Shown: piece after piece, positions 1 to 11,700 of the stretch
Layout of the letters: each line of letters opens with the position of its first letter
How positions within the stretch are numbered: the stretch's first letter is position 1
Assembly (NCBI GenBank): GCA_043381765.1
Contig: JBHJMP010000878.1
Location: 1-36,836 of the forward strand
Length of the DNA: 36,836 nt
Source of the DNA: Collodictyon triciliatum
Taxonomy: Eukaryota
Direction: 5' to 3'
The notes under the pieces: model-generated
The model's input: the letters and a program-made list of their open reading frames with translations, nothing else
Told to the model about the DNA's origin: nothing
Databases searched by the model: none
Translations under genes and position numbers: made by a program

Positions 1-10
1 GCATAATTAG

Positions 11-587
11 ACGACGAATCATCCGTGTATCTTGTGCGGTTCACATTCCTTCCGCAATTATTCACTGTGTATGTGAATAAAATGATTAACATTTTTTTTT
101 TTTTTTTTTTTTTGTTCACACCCAGGTACATACGTCCATCGAAGGAACCACTGTGGTGGTGACATTCGAGAGCTCAGAGAAGTTTCCTGTGCAAGATTCA
201 CTCGTCACTTTGTGCCTCGGCAATGAAGAGATTCCGGGCGGCCATCATCTCGACCCAACCACGCGCTCTGTTTCGTTCCAGCTCACAAAGTATACCAACC
301 CTGCTCTTTCTTTTCTCTTTACCACGTTCATTCCCGACCCGCCCTTTTTTTTTTTCCTCTTGTTCTTTTGTTTTTCTTCTCCTTTGTACTTTCTTCTCGC
401 CTTCTACAAGCTTTTCCTCAAGGTACCAGATCTGTACAGTACCATTGACACATACATTCGTGTATTGACATTCCACTCACTATGGTTCAGTGAGCAATAC
501 GCCAAGATTACGAGCGGAAGCACGTCGAGAATAACGTACGGGGGATGTGCCAATCCGAGGCCTGTGGAATGGATTTACACCCATTAA
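11..587 (+). CDS. 3' part of a spliced gene for an unknown protein (small beta-rich C-terminal domain); 5' end lies outside the window
   Basis: Phase-consistent GT-AG exons 11-33, 126-289 and 491-587 give ...DESSVYLVHTSIEGTTVVVTFESSEKFPVQDSLVTLCLGNEEIPGGHHLDPTTRSVSFQLTNEQYAKITSGSTSRITYGGCANPRPVEWIYTH*. The introns are T-rich and low-complexity. Confidence 0.65.
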
Positions 588-1059
588 GAGATGGGATTGC
601 AGGCGGCGCGGCTGTTTAACGTGAGAGGAATAATGCTGTGCGGAAAGAAAACGGCGCATTTCCCTGAAAGGATGCACACCTCTGACTAAACCTAACCCAC
701 CGATTTTTTAAAAGAAAAAAAGAATACCCAGAATCAAGAAGGGCGAGAGACAAAGGCTCATATATCATATGCTCATAGTTATCATGTGCAATTTGTCAAT
801 TGCGACTGGTGTATATATATATACTACTCTTGCAGTGTATTTCTGTTTATAAAAAGAGAGGGAGGGAGGAAGGAGAAGAAAAAAAAAGAGAGAATAGAGG
901 GTACGGGGCGTTTATAGAGGAGGCTTTGTCGTGTAATCGAACCCTTCATTATCCTATTGGGACAAGAGAGGGTTGAAAACACTCGGTTTGGTGCGGTATA
1001 AACAAGTCTGTCTCTACGAGTTTCAGAGGCATTTGGCGATTATCGGCGAACGCAGCTGC

Positions 1060-2389
1060 TCAGGAGACGGGTGTGCGGTCAAACAGAGACCCGAAGTTAA
1101 AATGCCACGACTTTCTTGACATCCGCATTGCCTCTTGCTTCATCAAACGCGCTCCTTGGATTTGGACACATATCAGCTCCAGCATGCTTTGGAGGTGGAA
1201 ATCACAACTGCAGAGGTCGCCTATAAATCTAGATGTAATTATATTACCAAGAGAGAAGAAAAATGGCGATGTTGTTGAAAGGGGCATATCCGCGTGGTTG
1301 AACTGTTATTGGCAACATTAAAAAAAATTCATCTTTTCTTTCCGAACAATAATACTACATTCTTTTGCACTTTTCTACTTCCCTTTTCAATAGAAGCAAT
1401 GAATAAAGGGAGAAAGGCACTAGAACGATTTGATGAATTGAGATTACGAAATACAAACCGAACTTTCAAAGGAATTTGTATGCCATCGACGTCGAAGTGG
1501 CTTGGCTTCTGGTTGCAAATGATGGACTGCTTTTTGCCCCCTATTTTTTATTTTATTTAAATATATATATATATAAAAAAAGCAAAAAAGTGACAGAGAG
1601 AAGATAACCACATGCTATGCAAACTCTCTGGTACAAGATTTCTTCGGTTGTTTCGAATCAGCAATACAAAGCTTTGAATAGTCAATCAATAATTCATTTA
1701 TCCATCCACCCACTATGACAGACCTATCGAGGAGGATGATTCATTTGGGGGCGATGTGAGCGCAACAACGAGGTAATCTCGCTTTAGAAGCGAAACAAAT
1801 CCTTCTGCGGTGCTCTTCGATGCCTGTCGTGTCCCCATTGATTGATACAAGTAGGTAGTAATACGAAACGATGGCATAATTTTTAGTATCATTATTTTTT
1901 CATTAATATAATCCCGGATACAAACTATGTTAAAAACATTCATGATTATTTGCCCAAAGGCACATATGTTCATTCACCTCGGACCCTTTGGTGTATATGC
2001 AAATAATTGCATCTATATCGGTATTTATCAAATCCCCAATATGCGCCTTTTCACACGGTAATATCTCCAGCTCAGTCTATACTCGTGATTTCATTATCAG
2101 TTTCAAAAAAAAAAAAAGGAAGAGGAGAGAGGGAGAGAGGGAGGGAAGAGCGAGTGTATTTAGCTCACATATGAAAGTTACAAGAGAAGGAATTGAGAAG
2201 TCATATAGGATACTAAATGAAAGGAAACACACATACCCGCGACCCGTTTACAAAGAGAGGAAGGCGAACAGTTGGGCTGAATCCTTGTGATCTTTCAGAG
2301 TCTATTGATCGATCAGAGAGCTTCAGCAAGCGGGAGAGAAGTTGTGGTTGCGCGTCTCCCACAAGGACAATTTTAGCAGAATGGCTCAT
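1060..2389 (-). CDS. Degenerate Ras-superfamily-fold protein (candidate pseudoGTPase); 5' start and last exons uncertain
   Basis: Exons 2389-2237 (MSHSAKIVLVGDAQPQLLSRLLKLSDRSIDSERSQGFSPTVRLPLFVNGSR), 2076-1978 (TELEILPCEKAHIGDLINTDIDAIICIYTKGSE), 1823-1724 (ASKSTAEGFVSLLKRDYLVVALTSPP...) and 1540-~1460 (GKKQSIICNQKPSHFDVDGIQIPLK) join in phase at GT-AG junctions. A terminal exon at ~1220-1060 reads ...CDFHLQSMLELICVQIQ... The order of KIVLVGD, VNG..TELEIL, DAIICIY and LVVAL matches small-GTPase beta strands. Confidence 0.6.
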
Positions 2390-2634
2390 AAAGCTTCGTG
2401 CTCGTGGAAGATCCTTGTAGTTTGCTCGTTCTCTGGGGGCGGACCTCCTCTCTTTATCTTTTTTTTTTTTTTTACCACCTTTTGGTAAGCGTGTCAAGTC
2501 AGAAAAATGCGGAGTCAAAGCCACAGGGATCCGAGGCAGTTCTTAAAAGTCCTAGTGAAAGACTAAAAAATATGTTTATGTATGTATATAAGGTAGCACG
2601 AAATCTTGTGTTATCAAAAACTTTGGAAGGTTCA

Positions 2635-2778
2635 GAAACAAAACAAAACAAAACAAAACAAAACAAAACAAAACAAAACAAAACAAAACAAAACAAAACA
2701 AAACAAAACAAAACAAAACAAAACAAAACTAAACAAAACTAAACAAAACTAAACAAAACTAAACAAAACTAAACAAAA
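2635..2778. repeat. (AAAAC)n pentanucleotide microsatellite, with AAAACTAAAC variants at the 3' end
   Basis: Direct inspection. Confidence 0.95.
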
Positions 2779-3703
2779 CGCCACAGAGAGTGGGCCAGAG
2801 TATCAGAACTACGAGACTCCTTTGACTCGGCGCACAGCCACGTTTCTTTCTTGCTGGGCCGTTCTTTGTATTGATAGTACTCTCTGGCGGCTTTGAATCG
2901 GCCGGAGTTGGGCGAGGCAATCGAGCAGACTCGAAGCGTGGCACAATGGGATAGAGAGAAATTGATTCGCTTTTGGGTCAAGAATGGCGATCACGACGAA
3001 ATAACCTCTCACACGCGACACGTCATTTGCCCTCAGAAGGTGCCGGTCTTACAAAACTTACGTATATATATTATTTACATAACATACATTGAATTTCGAG
3101 TATATTGAAAACCTTAGCTAGATATATATATGTGTATATAGGACATATATATTATTTTCCACATATATTATGTATTACTGGGAATCGAACATCTTACATT
3201 TGATTCCGGCGTCGGTTGGGTTTCTGCTCTGCTGTGCAATTACTGTGCCGTTCGGTTGATACGCCCAAAAAAGGGAACCCTGCAAAATTACACAAAAGGC
3301 ATAGTTCAACGAAATTTAGCAAAGGCGTCCTTTCTTTCTCTTTCGCTCAATCCAGCGCCGCAACATCCGTTACATTATTCTCCTGCATCGATGTGATCGT
3401 AATGCTGGAACACAAAAATCAATCACAACGCGAGTAAAGCACCGAAGGTGGCAGAACTGAGAAAGTGAGTGGGCCGGCATGTGATCTGCTAAAGAAAAAG
3501 GAGGAAACGGAAGCATGAAAGCCCCTGAGCTGAATTATTGTTTCACATTTTCATGGGATATATATCTTTTTTCCATCAACACTATTTTCGGGGCACTTCG
3601 TCTCCCCAGCTACTCATCCATCGACCTTATTAGTTGAGTTTAGTTTAGTTTAGTTTGTTTGTTTTTTTGTTTATTAAAACGAAGTCAGACATACTCCCTG
3701 ACT

Positions 3704-3844
3704 TTTATTTATTTATTTATTTATTTATTCATTTATTTATCTATTTATTCATTTATTTATTCATTTATTTATTCATTTATTTATTCATTTATTTATTCAT
3801 TTATTTATTCATTTATTTATTCATTCATTTATCTATCTATCTAT

Positions 3845-3874
<30 letters not shown>
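3704..3874. repeat. (TTTA/TTCA/TCTA)n tetranucleotide microsatellite, probably in a 5' intron of the downstream gene
   Basis: Direct inspection; it ends just before AATAG|TCATG at 3875-3884. Confidence 0.9.
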
Positions 3875-3876
<2 letters not shown>

Positions 3877-3881
3877 TAGTC

Positions 3882-5365
3882 ATGACTGAATCAGAGAGCC
3901 CCACATACCACAATTGGCAGCGTGCTGAGCGCCAGCTCCCACCGCACAGTCTGCTTCGCAACCGCATCTCTGGATATGCTGGGCATATTCCAGGGCTTCC
4001 TGAAACTGTTCAAGGTTAACACCACTACTAATCCACAAGTCTCACCACGGCTGAATTCATTTAGCTATTTGCTTGTCAATTTCTTGGGTCCTTGTTGTAA
4101 CTTCCTTTGTCGTAAAAGTTGCAATGTGAAGATATCTCTATTCGAATAGCCTAGAGTGAGGCTGAAAAATAACAATACGTAGTGAACACAAGTGAATATG
4201 CCGAGTGGGAGTTTGATACTAGGATGCCCATGTACGGAGCCCCGCAGCCTCAAGTCCAACATAAGCCTAGTTTACGAAGTACCTATATATACACGAAACT
4301 ATTCAGGCATACTACATCCACAACCTTTGCATCGAAAACATGAAGTTTGAAACATCTGCTATGAGTGTAATCAAAAGAAGAGAAAGGAAGAAAAATGAAA
4401 CATTTCTCAACTTATTTACGCCACTATCTAATCATATTTAAAGAAAACATTCATTAACAAACTGCCACTACTCCAGTTCACACATCAGGTAGCCAGAGGT
4501 CTCAGAAGAATGAAGATGGAATCTACAATCCTTTCCCCAATGCACCCGCAAAAATCGGCGGGGATTCAGGATACAGCCCGTCTCCGAAAAAATCACCAAA
4601 GAATTATCATCTCGATCCAGACTATGCCACAATGAGTCCCACAACTGGTGCGACAATCGGCATCCCCAGCAACCGGTCTGTTGTTCCCAGAAATCGCATT
4701 ATGGGCTACAAGGTAACTAAAAACGATACGAAGTCTACAAATGTAAACTGATCATGGTAAGGAAGTTCTACTGCTGAGATGTTGGCACACACTATATTAC
4801 AGGGTCATGTCCAAGGAATTCAAGAGACTTTTGGTGTTATCACTGGGGAGTATCAAAACAGAGAGGTATTTGAGAGAAAGATGAATCATTACAATCAGGT
4901 AAAAGATGCTGTACTCGCTACCACGAAAAAAAGCACCGGCCCATCATCTCCTTCTGGTGATTATTATTATTCTATTTTTGGGCCAGGATTAAATTACCAG
5001 CACGAAATTATGATATCTCAACCCTACCTTGTTGGTATCGCAATGCCGCGTGTATCTTATCATTTTATCACCATTATTTTTTTGTATTTTTATTATTTCC
5101 TGATAACTGTATTCACGTGATTCTTTTGAACCAAGCAGACCTTGCAAACAAATACCACCAGCGGGCAGATGAGATGATGAGACAAGAAGGAGCAACCGCG
5201 CGTCCAAGGTCATCTTCCACCCCTGCTGGCCGACCTACATCGGTAGGAGGCGAGTATCCATATCATCACTACCAGACAGCGAGTGTGGAGGGCTATTTGG
5301 GTCAAGACCGAACAGCCTCTTTCGCTGGGTACATGCCTCGAAAGAAATTCACAATTGGTGTCTAA
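3882..5365 (+). CDS. FAM166/CIMIP2 (DUF2475)-like protein with GY/FxG(H/Y)xP repeats; putative ciliary microtubule inner protein
   Basis: Five phase-consistent exons: 3882-4014, 4183-4278, 4477-4712, 4803-4956, 5139-5365. Repeats read RNRISGYAGHIPGLPETVQ, RNRIMGYK|GHVQGIQETFG and SFAGYMPR. The second repeat is reconstituted exactly across the 4713-4802 intron. Confidence 0.7.
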
Positions 5366-6297
5366 CTGACAAAGTTGCATCTTCCGAATGGTGCGAACCT
5401 ATCATCTATTTTTACCTGTTCCTTTTTTCCCTATTTTTCTATTTTCTTTTTTCTTTTCCTCCCTGACTCAATAGCTGACACCTCTGAATTCAAGCATCCT
5501 TCTCCCCACTATAGTCGTTGGTCCCACCATTTTATAAAACAAAACACAGCAAAAACGATGAACCTTTTCTTGGATTTGAAATCTCACACCGCACAACCGA
5601 TGGCCTGTGCGTCTTGTCCTGTAGAAAATTTTCAAGGTGTGACTTTGCCATGTGATGTGAATAAATTGCTTTTTTAATCAGTCTCAACACAAAAAATAAA
5701 AATGCCATGCGCAGAAGGCGGTTTCCTCGGCTTTGTTTTCTCTCAATAAACTGTTGAAGTGAAACCAAAAGAAAATAATCCATGCACAACCAGAGAGACT
5801 CCATGTCGCTCTCTTTGGGGTTGTGAGGTTCTGGCTCCGAAAAATAAGGGTTTGCACCCTTTGTTTTCTTTTGTGTGGCAGCGAAATTCTCTTGGTTCAT
5901 ACGAATGGTGATTGCAATTTGTGGATTATCCAGATTCGACTTATGTGAATATGAATAAAACTTAACAAAACTAGAAACGCGTAAAAAAACGCATTCAATT
6001 TCAATACCATATCTATACATTTCATTGATTGCCGCTTCAGGACCGGCTTTTTTGGGTGTCCATAGGGTTCTATAAAGTTGGAATTGTAGTTTTTAGCGTA
6101 TGAGCTCGGTGCGAGAGCTTGTTGTTAAGACATCTCCATCAGATCGGATCGCAGAATGAAGAGCTCGCCCAATGGCAGCTTAGACAACAACTAGCAGAGA
6201 CCCTCACAACAAAGTCTCATAAAACCAAATACCGATCTCCATTGGTCCCCCACTACCCATTTCCTCTATTTACTTGTCTTTATTTCCTTTATCTATT

Positions 6298-6401
6298 TTG
6301 CTCTTGTTTCTCTTGTTTCTATCGTTTCTCTTGTTTCTCTTGTTTCTCTTGTTTCTCTTGTTTCTCTTGTTTCTCTTGTTTCTCTTGTTTCTCTTGTTTC
6401 T
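6298..6401. repeat. (TTGTTTCTC)n 9-bp tandem repeat upstream of the Myb start, likely in a 5' UTR intron
   Basis: Direct inspection; it produces the spurious CFS repeats in ORF 6119..7465. Confidence 0.9.
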
Positions 6402-6445
6402 TTACATTCCTTAAAAAAATCGGTACTTCTATAGATCAAACCCAG

Positions 6446-7465
6446 ATGTCAGCAAACTCGAAAGAATTAGAAGGGGATTTTACCATTATTACAGGAGAGG
6501 ATATCCTCAACGCCAAAAATACACCCTCAAAGAAAAAGCTAGAGCAAATACCCTGGACTGAGGCAGAGGACGCCATCCTAACCACTTTGGCGCAGAAGGG
6601 GCTTCGCTGGAAAATTGTAGCTGGTTGCATCAGCGCCCACAATATGGCAAACCCAGTTGGTGGGCTTTCCGTGGAGAGAACGAGTAAGCAATGCGTCCAA
6701 CGATACACCCGGGTATTGCACCCAAAGATTCGCAAAGGAACGTGGAGTCCTCACGAAGATAACCTCTTGCGCAAAGGAATATTGGAGCTTGGTATAAGTT
6801 CCTGGGCAGCTATTGCTCGCAGAATTGAGACACGCACAGATATACAATGTCGAACCCGTTGGCTTCTTTGGCGCTCACAAGGAAAGTGCCCGTGGTCTCA
6901 AAAACAAAGTAGGTCAATTCATAGACAAGATGAGAGCCAGATAGATGCAGAGCAGCAAAGAGAAATATGCGACACTGAAACAGAAACGGAAGTTTTTGTA
7001 GATGTTTCACATCAGGACGAAGAAAGATACTGTGATGAATCCAAGGAGCCTACCCCCAAGAGCGAGTACCACAGCAGCTGTGAAGAAGAGAGTGACGATC
7101 AAGAATATAACATTCACCCTGGCACTAGAGCTGAAAGGCTCCAATACGATAATTACTTGGATGCCAGAGAGGCGCACATGGCTCTGAGCACCCACTTGTA
7201 CTCTCAGAACGAGGACCTTGCATCGGCTAGGATAGGTCTAACGGGAGGTTTCTTTGATGCTCTTATGAGGGCAACTGAATTATTGACGCCGCTGCCTTCT
7301 CCTCCCAAGAAGGATGCGGACTGTAGTAATGCTGGTGCTTCGGTGTCGGGCCATAGTGTGGTTGACCCCCCAGGGAAAAAAACAGCGATGAAAAGTGTCC
7401 CTGATGCATCCTCGATAAGATCTAATGTAATCTCCAAAGCAAGTCTTTCTTTCATCATGAATTGA
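6446..7465 (+). CDS. Two-repeat Myb (R2R3-like) transcription factor, about 339 aa, single coding exon
   Basis: Repeats PWTEAEDAIL...WKIVA...RTSKQCVQRYTRVLHPKI and RKGTWSPHEDNLL...SWAAIARRIETRTDIQCRTRW, followed by an acidic region. The first in-frame ATG after the repeat-rich leader is at 6446. Confidence 0.88.
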   Translation: MSANSKELEGDFTIITGEDILNAKNTPSKKKLEQIPWTEAEDAILTTLAQKGLRWKIVAGCISAHNMANPVGGLSVERTSKQCVQRYTRVLHPKIRKGTWSPHEDNLLRKGILELGISSWAAIARRIETRTDIQCRTRWLLWRSQGKCPWSQKQSRSIHRQDESQIDAEQQREICDTETETEVFVDVSHQDEERYCDESKEPTPKSEYHSSCEEESDDQEYNIHPGTRAERLQYDNYLDAREAHMALSTHLYSQNEDLASARIGLTGGFFDALMRATELLTPLPSPPKKDADCSNAGASVSGHSVVDPPGKKTAMKSVPDASSIRSNVISKASLSFIMN

Positions 7466-8138
7466 GCACAATATACCCAAAAAAGAAAAAAAAAGGAAGA
7501 AAACCAAGGCAGCATGCACGTACAGAAAAAAAAATCGTTCGAAAAAGTGCCGTTTTCATATCCGACTATGAAAATGTAATGAATACCCACTATTCAACTG
7601 AAATGGGATTTATGCCCACCAGTATCAAACTCTTTGAAATAATAAACTGAATCGAAAGTCTTGTCCTGTATGGGATGCTGTGTATTCCTTTCTACACATT
7701 TTTCTCCGCTTTGTAACTACCGAAGAAATTGTGTGGAACAAATAAAAAGAAATCATATCCCAGTTGTGGAAATAAAAATATATACGATTTTACGAATTTA
7801 ATAATGGCTTATAATTCTCACATACCGTTAAAATGATATTAGATATTATTTATATACTAATTAATTATGCACCCAACACCAGAAGCGGATCAACGTGCCA
7901 AATGAATGCGCCAGGACTCGTCCGCATTTCGTCGGTTCATCTCTTATCAAAGTTTGCGCACTGATCGATCACCTTGTGAAACATATGGCATAGCGGAGGG
8001 CGGATCACACCAGACAAAGTCGATCCACCTGAGAAACATAAGCAAGTAACAGGAAGATAATAACAAAACAAAAAAAAAACAATTGTCAATAAAGCATACA
8101 GCCTGCCCATTANAAAAAAAAAAAAAAAAAAAAAAAAA

Positions 8139-8174
<36 letters not shown>

Positions 8175-8771
8175 CCCCTCAAAAAAAAGTTTTTTTTTTT
8201 TTTTTTTTGTGTCTGGTGCCACCGAAGCAGCCATTTTTGTCCGCGTTTATTGTGCATTGCAACAAAGTGAATATCGTTCTGCTCTCCAATTTTATTATTG
8301 TGTATTTCAGTTCGATTCAAGTGACAGAATCACTGCATGCTAGAGTGATTATTTGGTAGTATGTGTCATTGATGAGTCGCTTTTTTTTTTGTTTGGCTTT
8401 CTGTTCATGGTGCTATTAGTGCTTTTATCCCAGAAAGACGCAGACAAGAGTGTACTTGTAACAATTGCCCGAATTAAAGCGTCAGACCTTTCAAATCGAT
8501 ATAACCGGCATATTACTGAAATTCTATCTCAATCTAATACTTTTTTTTTGATATTATCCAATAATCGAAACAGTGAATGACTAATTCATTAAAGTATGGG
8601 CAAGAGTAATAGCAGAAGAGTGTTTATACTCTTTGATTTATTATTGAATATATAAGAGGAGATGTTGTACAAGTAATTTAAACCATGAAGATTTTTCAGA
8701 GCAGTACGTAGAAATTAAGAAAAGCAAATGTACTATTAGTTCTAGATAAAGGAGAAGCAAACCACACTTGG

Positions 8772-11700
8772 ATGCAACAGTTATCACTCTACCGCGCATC
8801 ATTTTATGGAGACAACTCCAAAGTAATGCGACTGCTGAGCGAGACGAATACCCCGGTCGATGCTGGCAATGACATGGGTGAAACAGCACTCCACTGCAGC
8901 TGCTCTGGAGACCACCCAAAGACCACTTTGCTTCTCCTTGAAGGCGGCGCAAATCCAAACGGTATGTCGTGGACAATATCTGGAATCATTTAAATATCTA
9001 CTCGTTTTATAAAAAAAAGAAAATAAAAGAAGAATATTCGAATATAAAACTTACCATTCTTCTGTGTACAATCTTGCTGATAATACATTTAAATCATCTG
9101 TCACTAATCAAGAATATTATAAATTTATGACTTTTTCTTTTCTCAGTTGTCTATTCATGTAATGACTGGCGGCATATTCTGTTATGTTTTTACCCTAGAT
9201 GCAAAGCATCAAGATACTGATGGAGCCTGAATTCACTTAGTTAAAAATGTCCACAACGAGACCCCACTTCACTACGCTGCCTTAAACCACTTCAGAAAGT
9301 CAATATTTTATTTAGTGCATTATGGTGCAGATATGAATATTCGGTCATCTGTCGGCTCTAGGCCTGCTGATCTGGCCACAAACCCTGACGTGGTAGCGCT
9401 ATTCAATGGTTTGAGTATTCTTGTTATTGTTTCGTTTCTCACGCGTTCCCTCTTTCTTTTTCTTGATTAGCGAGCAAAATATACTTTCCTTCTATAAAAA
9501 TCCTGAAGTTGCGTTTCATAATTGCATTTCCAATTTCCACTTGGATTTTGGACATTCCTTTCTTCTTTCTATATAGAAATGGAAGACATCTTTGTAAGAA
9601 AATATACCTCCTTCGTCGACGTACGTTTTTAAATAATTTTTATACTCACATCAGCCNNNNNNNNNNNNNNNNNNNNNNNNNNNNNNNNNNNNNNNNNNNN
9701 NNNNNNNNNNNNNNNNNNNNNNNNNNNNNNNNNNNNNNNNNNNNNNNNNNNNNNNNNNNNNNNNNNNNNNNNNNNNNNNNNNNNNNNNNNNNNNNNNNNN
9801 NNNNNNNNNNNNNNNNNNNNNNNNNNNNNNNNNNNNNNNNNNNNNNNNNNNNNNNNNNNNNNNNNNNNNNNNNNNNNNNNNNNNNNNNNNNNNNNNNNNN
9901 NNNNNNNNNNNNNNNNNNNNNNNNNNNNNNNNNNNNNNNNNNNNNNNNNNNNNNNNNNNNNNNNNNNNNNNNNNNNNNNNNNNNNNNNNNNNNNNNNNNN
10001 NNNNNNNNNNNNNNNNNNNNNNNNNNNNNNNNNNNNNNNNNNNNNNNNNNNNNNNNNNNNNNNNNNNNNNNNNNNNNNNNNNNNNNNNNNNNNNNNNNNN
10101 NNNNNNNNNNNNNNNNNNNNNNNNNNNNNNNNNNNNNNNNNNNNNNNNNNNNNNNNNNNNNNNNNNNNNNNNNNNNNNNNNNNNNNNNNNNACGAAACAA
10201 GTAAGGATTTATACCAGACGTAAAGAATATCTAATTTTCTAAAAGTCTTTTATTCATAACCATCTAACTAAGCATATTTCACCGATGAAAAGTACATGAA
10301 GCCACTCTATTTCGAACGGATAGTATCGGAACTAAAATCATGACAATCTATGCGAAGGTTTATTCATCAATAAAATACCAAATGGAATTTAATCCATAAT
10401 ATTGACTGTACTCGGTAGTTATTTTGTTTCTTTTTAAAAATAAAGTAGTATTGTATCCTTAACCATAGATTTTATTATGTCTTTTGTTTCGTGGATTGCG
10501 TTATTTCTTTAGTCATACGGGGATAAATATTTGAAGAAGACCATAGCGCCGATAATCGTTAAAGTTCTCGGTCAGCCGGACGGATACGAGGTATGGAAAG
10601 CCGACCTCATATAGTTTATACTTTAACAGTTTATCCAGTGGATAATTAATCTCCCTTTATGAAACCCACGATAAAATCTACATACAAATACCTATAACAA
10701 ATATTGATTTCGTGTTTTTTCTCTGGATAACGGATATACCACTCTGCAATTCAGTATATAAAATGGTTGATGCTTATTTAAATTATGAAATATTACAGTT
10801 GGATACTTCCCGTGTTTCAGAAGAGCAAGCAGAGAAAAATATTCAAGTATTATTTCTTTTGATCCTATCTAATTTTGAATGCAAACGTAATACGAAAATT
10901 TCAAAATGCTCACATATCTAATAAATAATATACTTTACACGGCGGATGAAGAGATTGAAGTCGTCTTGTGCTGAGCTTTTGTCATCAATTATTGACTCCT
11001 TTGATATTTGCCCGAGGTGAATTTCATATTACATAGCCACAACAGAGAAATCGAATAAAGGAGGGAAAATTTAGTCAGAATGGAAATATTAGAGCTTTTA
11101 TTATAATAAATCATTCAAAGAAAGTATGTAATGCATCTGTTTCTTTAAAAGACCAATTCGAGCTATTTGCTACCATCTACAAAAGGTCGTTGGAGAAAAA
11201 TTCCCTTCAAGGTATTTTTATATGCGTCTATAGTTTTTATTCTCCACCGTCATTCAATCCAATTATTCAAAATGCGAATAAATCAACCATGTGGTCATTC
11301 AAAACCATAACACAAACCATATATTTCACAATTTGGTGAATGATAATCTGGGTTTATTTTACAGTCGGTATATTGCGATTGGCGGATTCCTATTCCTGCG
11401 GTATTTATCGGCAGCCATCAGCAATCCAGAAAATTACAACATACTCCCTGCAGGTCATCATAACATTCCAATTCATGCACAATAATATCTGCTTCTCCAT
11501 AGTTCATCGATAACACATTTAGTATACTGTTTTGCCTAAACATGCGTATATCAGACTTTCCGCCAATTGAGAACCGTAGAGCACTAATATTAATAGCAAA
11601 GACTATCCAGAACCTTGGTAATTCATTTATTTACATCTTTAACGATCTTTATGTCAACATTCGGATGATATTTCACATTGCATATTTGGATAGAAAAAAT

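Noticed and set aside
5532-6020. 162-aa minus-strand ORF between the FAM166-like and Myb genes
   Set aside because: No recognisable motifs and no convincing splice model; it cannot be supported without expression data.
6119-6445. N-terminal extension of the 448-aa ORF containing CFS repeats
   Set aside because: It begins at TTG and runs through a 9-bp tandem repeat with an AG acceptor just before ATG 6446, so it is most likely intron or UTR.
7870-8240. Moderately GC-rich patch with a minus-strand acceptor near 8030
   Set aside because: All frames are short and motif-free, and the region is next to low-quality homopolymer sequence.
9509-10204. ORFs spanning the poly-X region
   Set aside because: Artefacts of the assembly gap.
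10453-10469. GTATCCTTAACCATAG, resembling U12 donor and branch-site consensus
   Set aside because: It lies inside an intron whose flanking RasGAP exons already join in frame through ordinary GT-AG sites (10358-10512); no U12 intron is needed.
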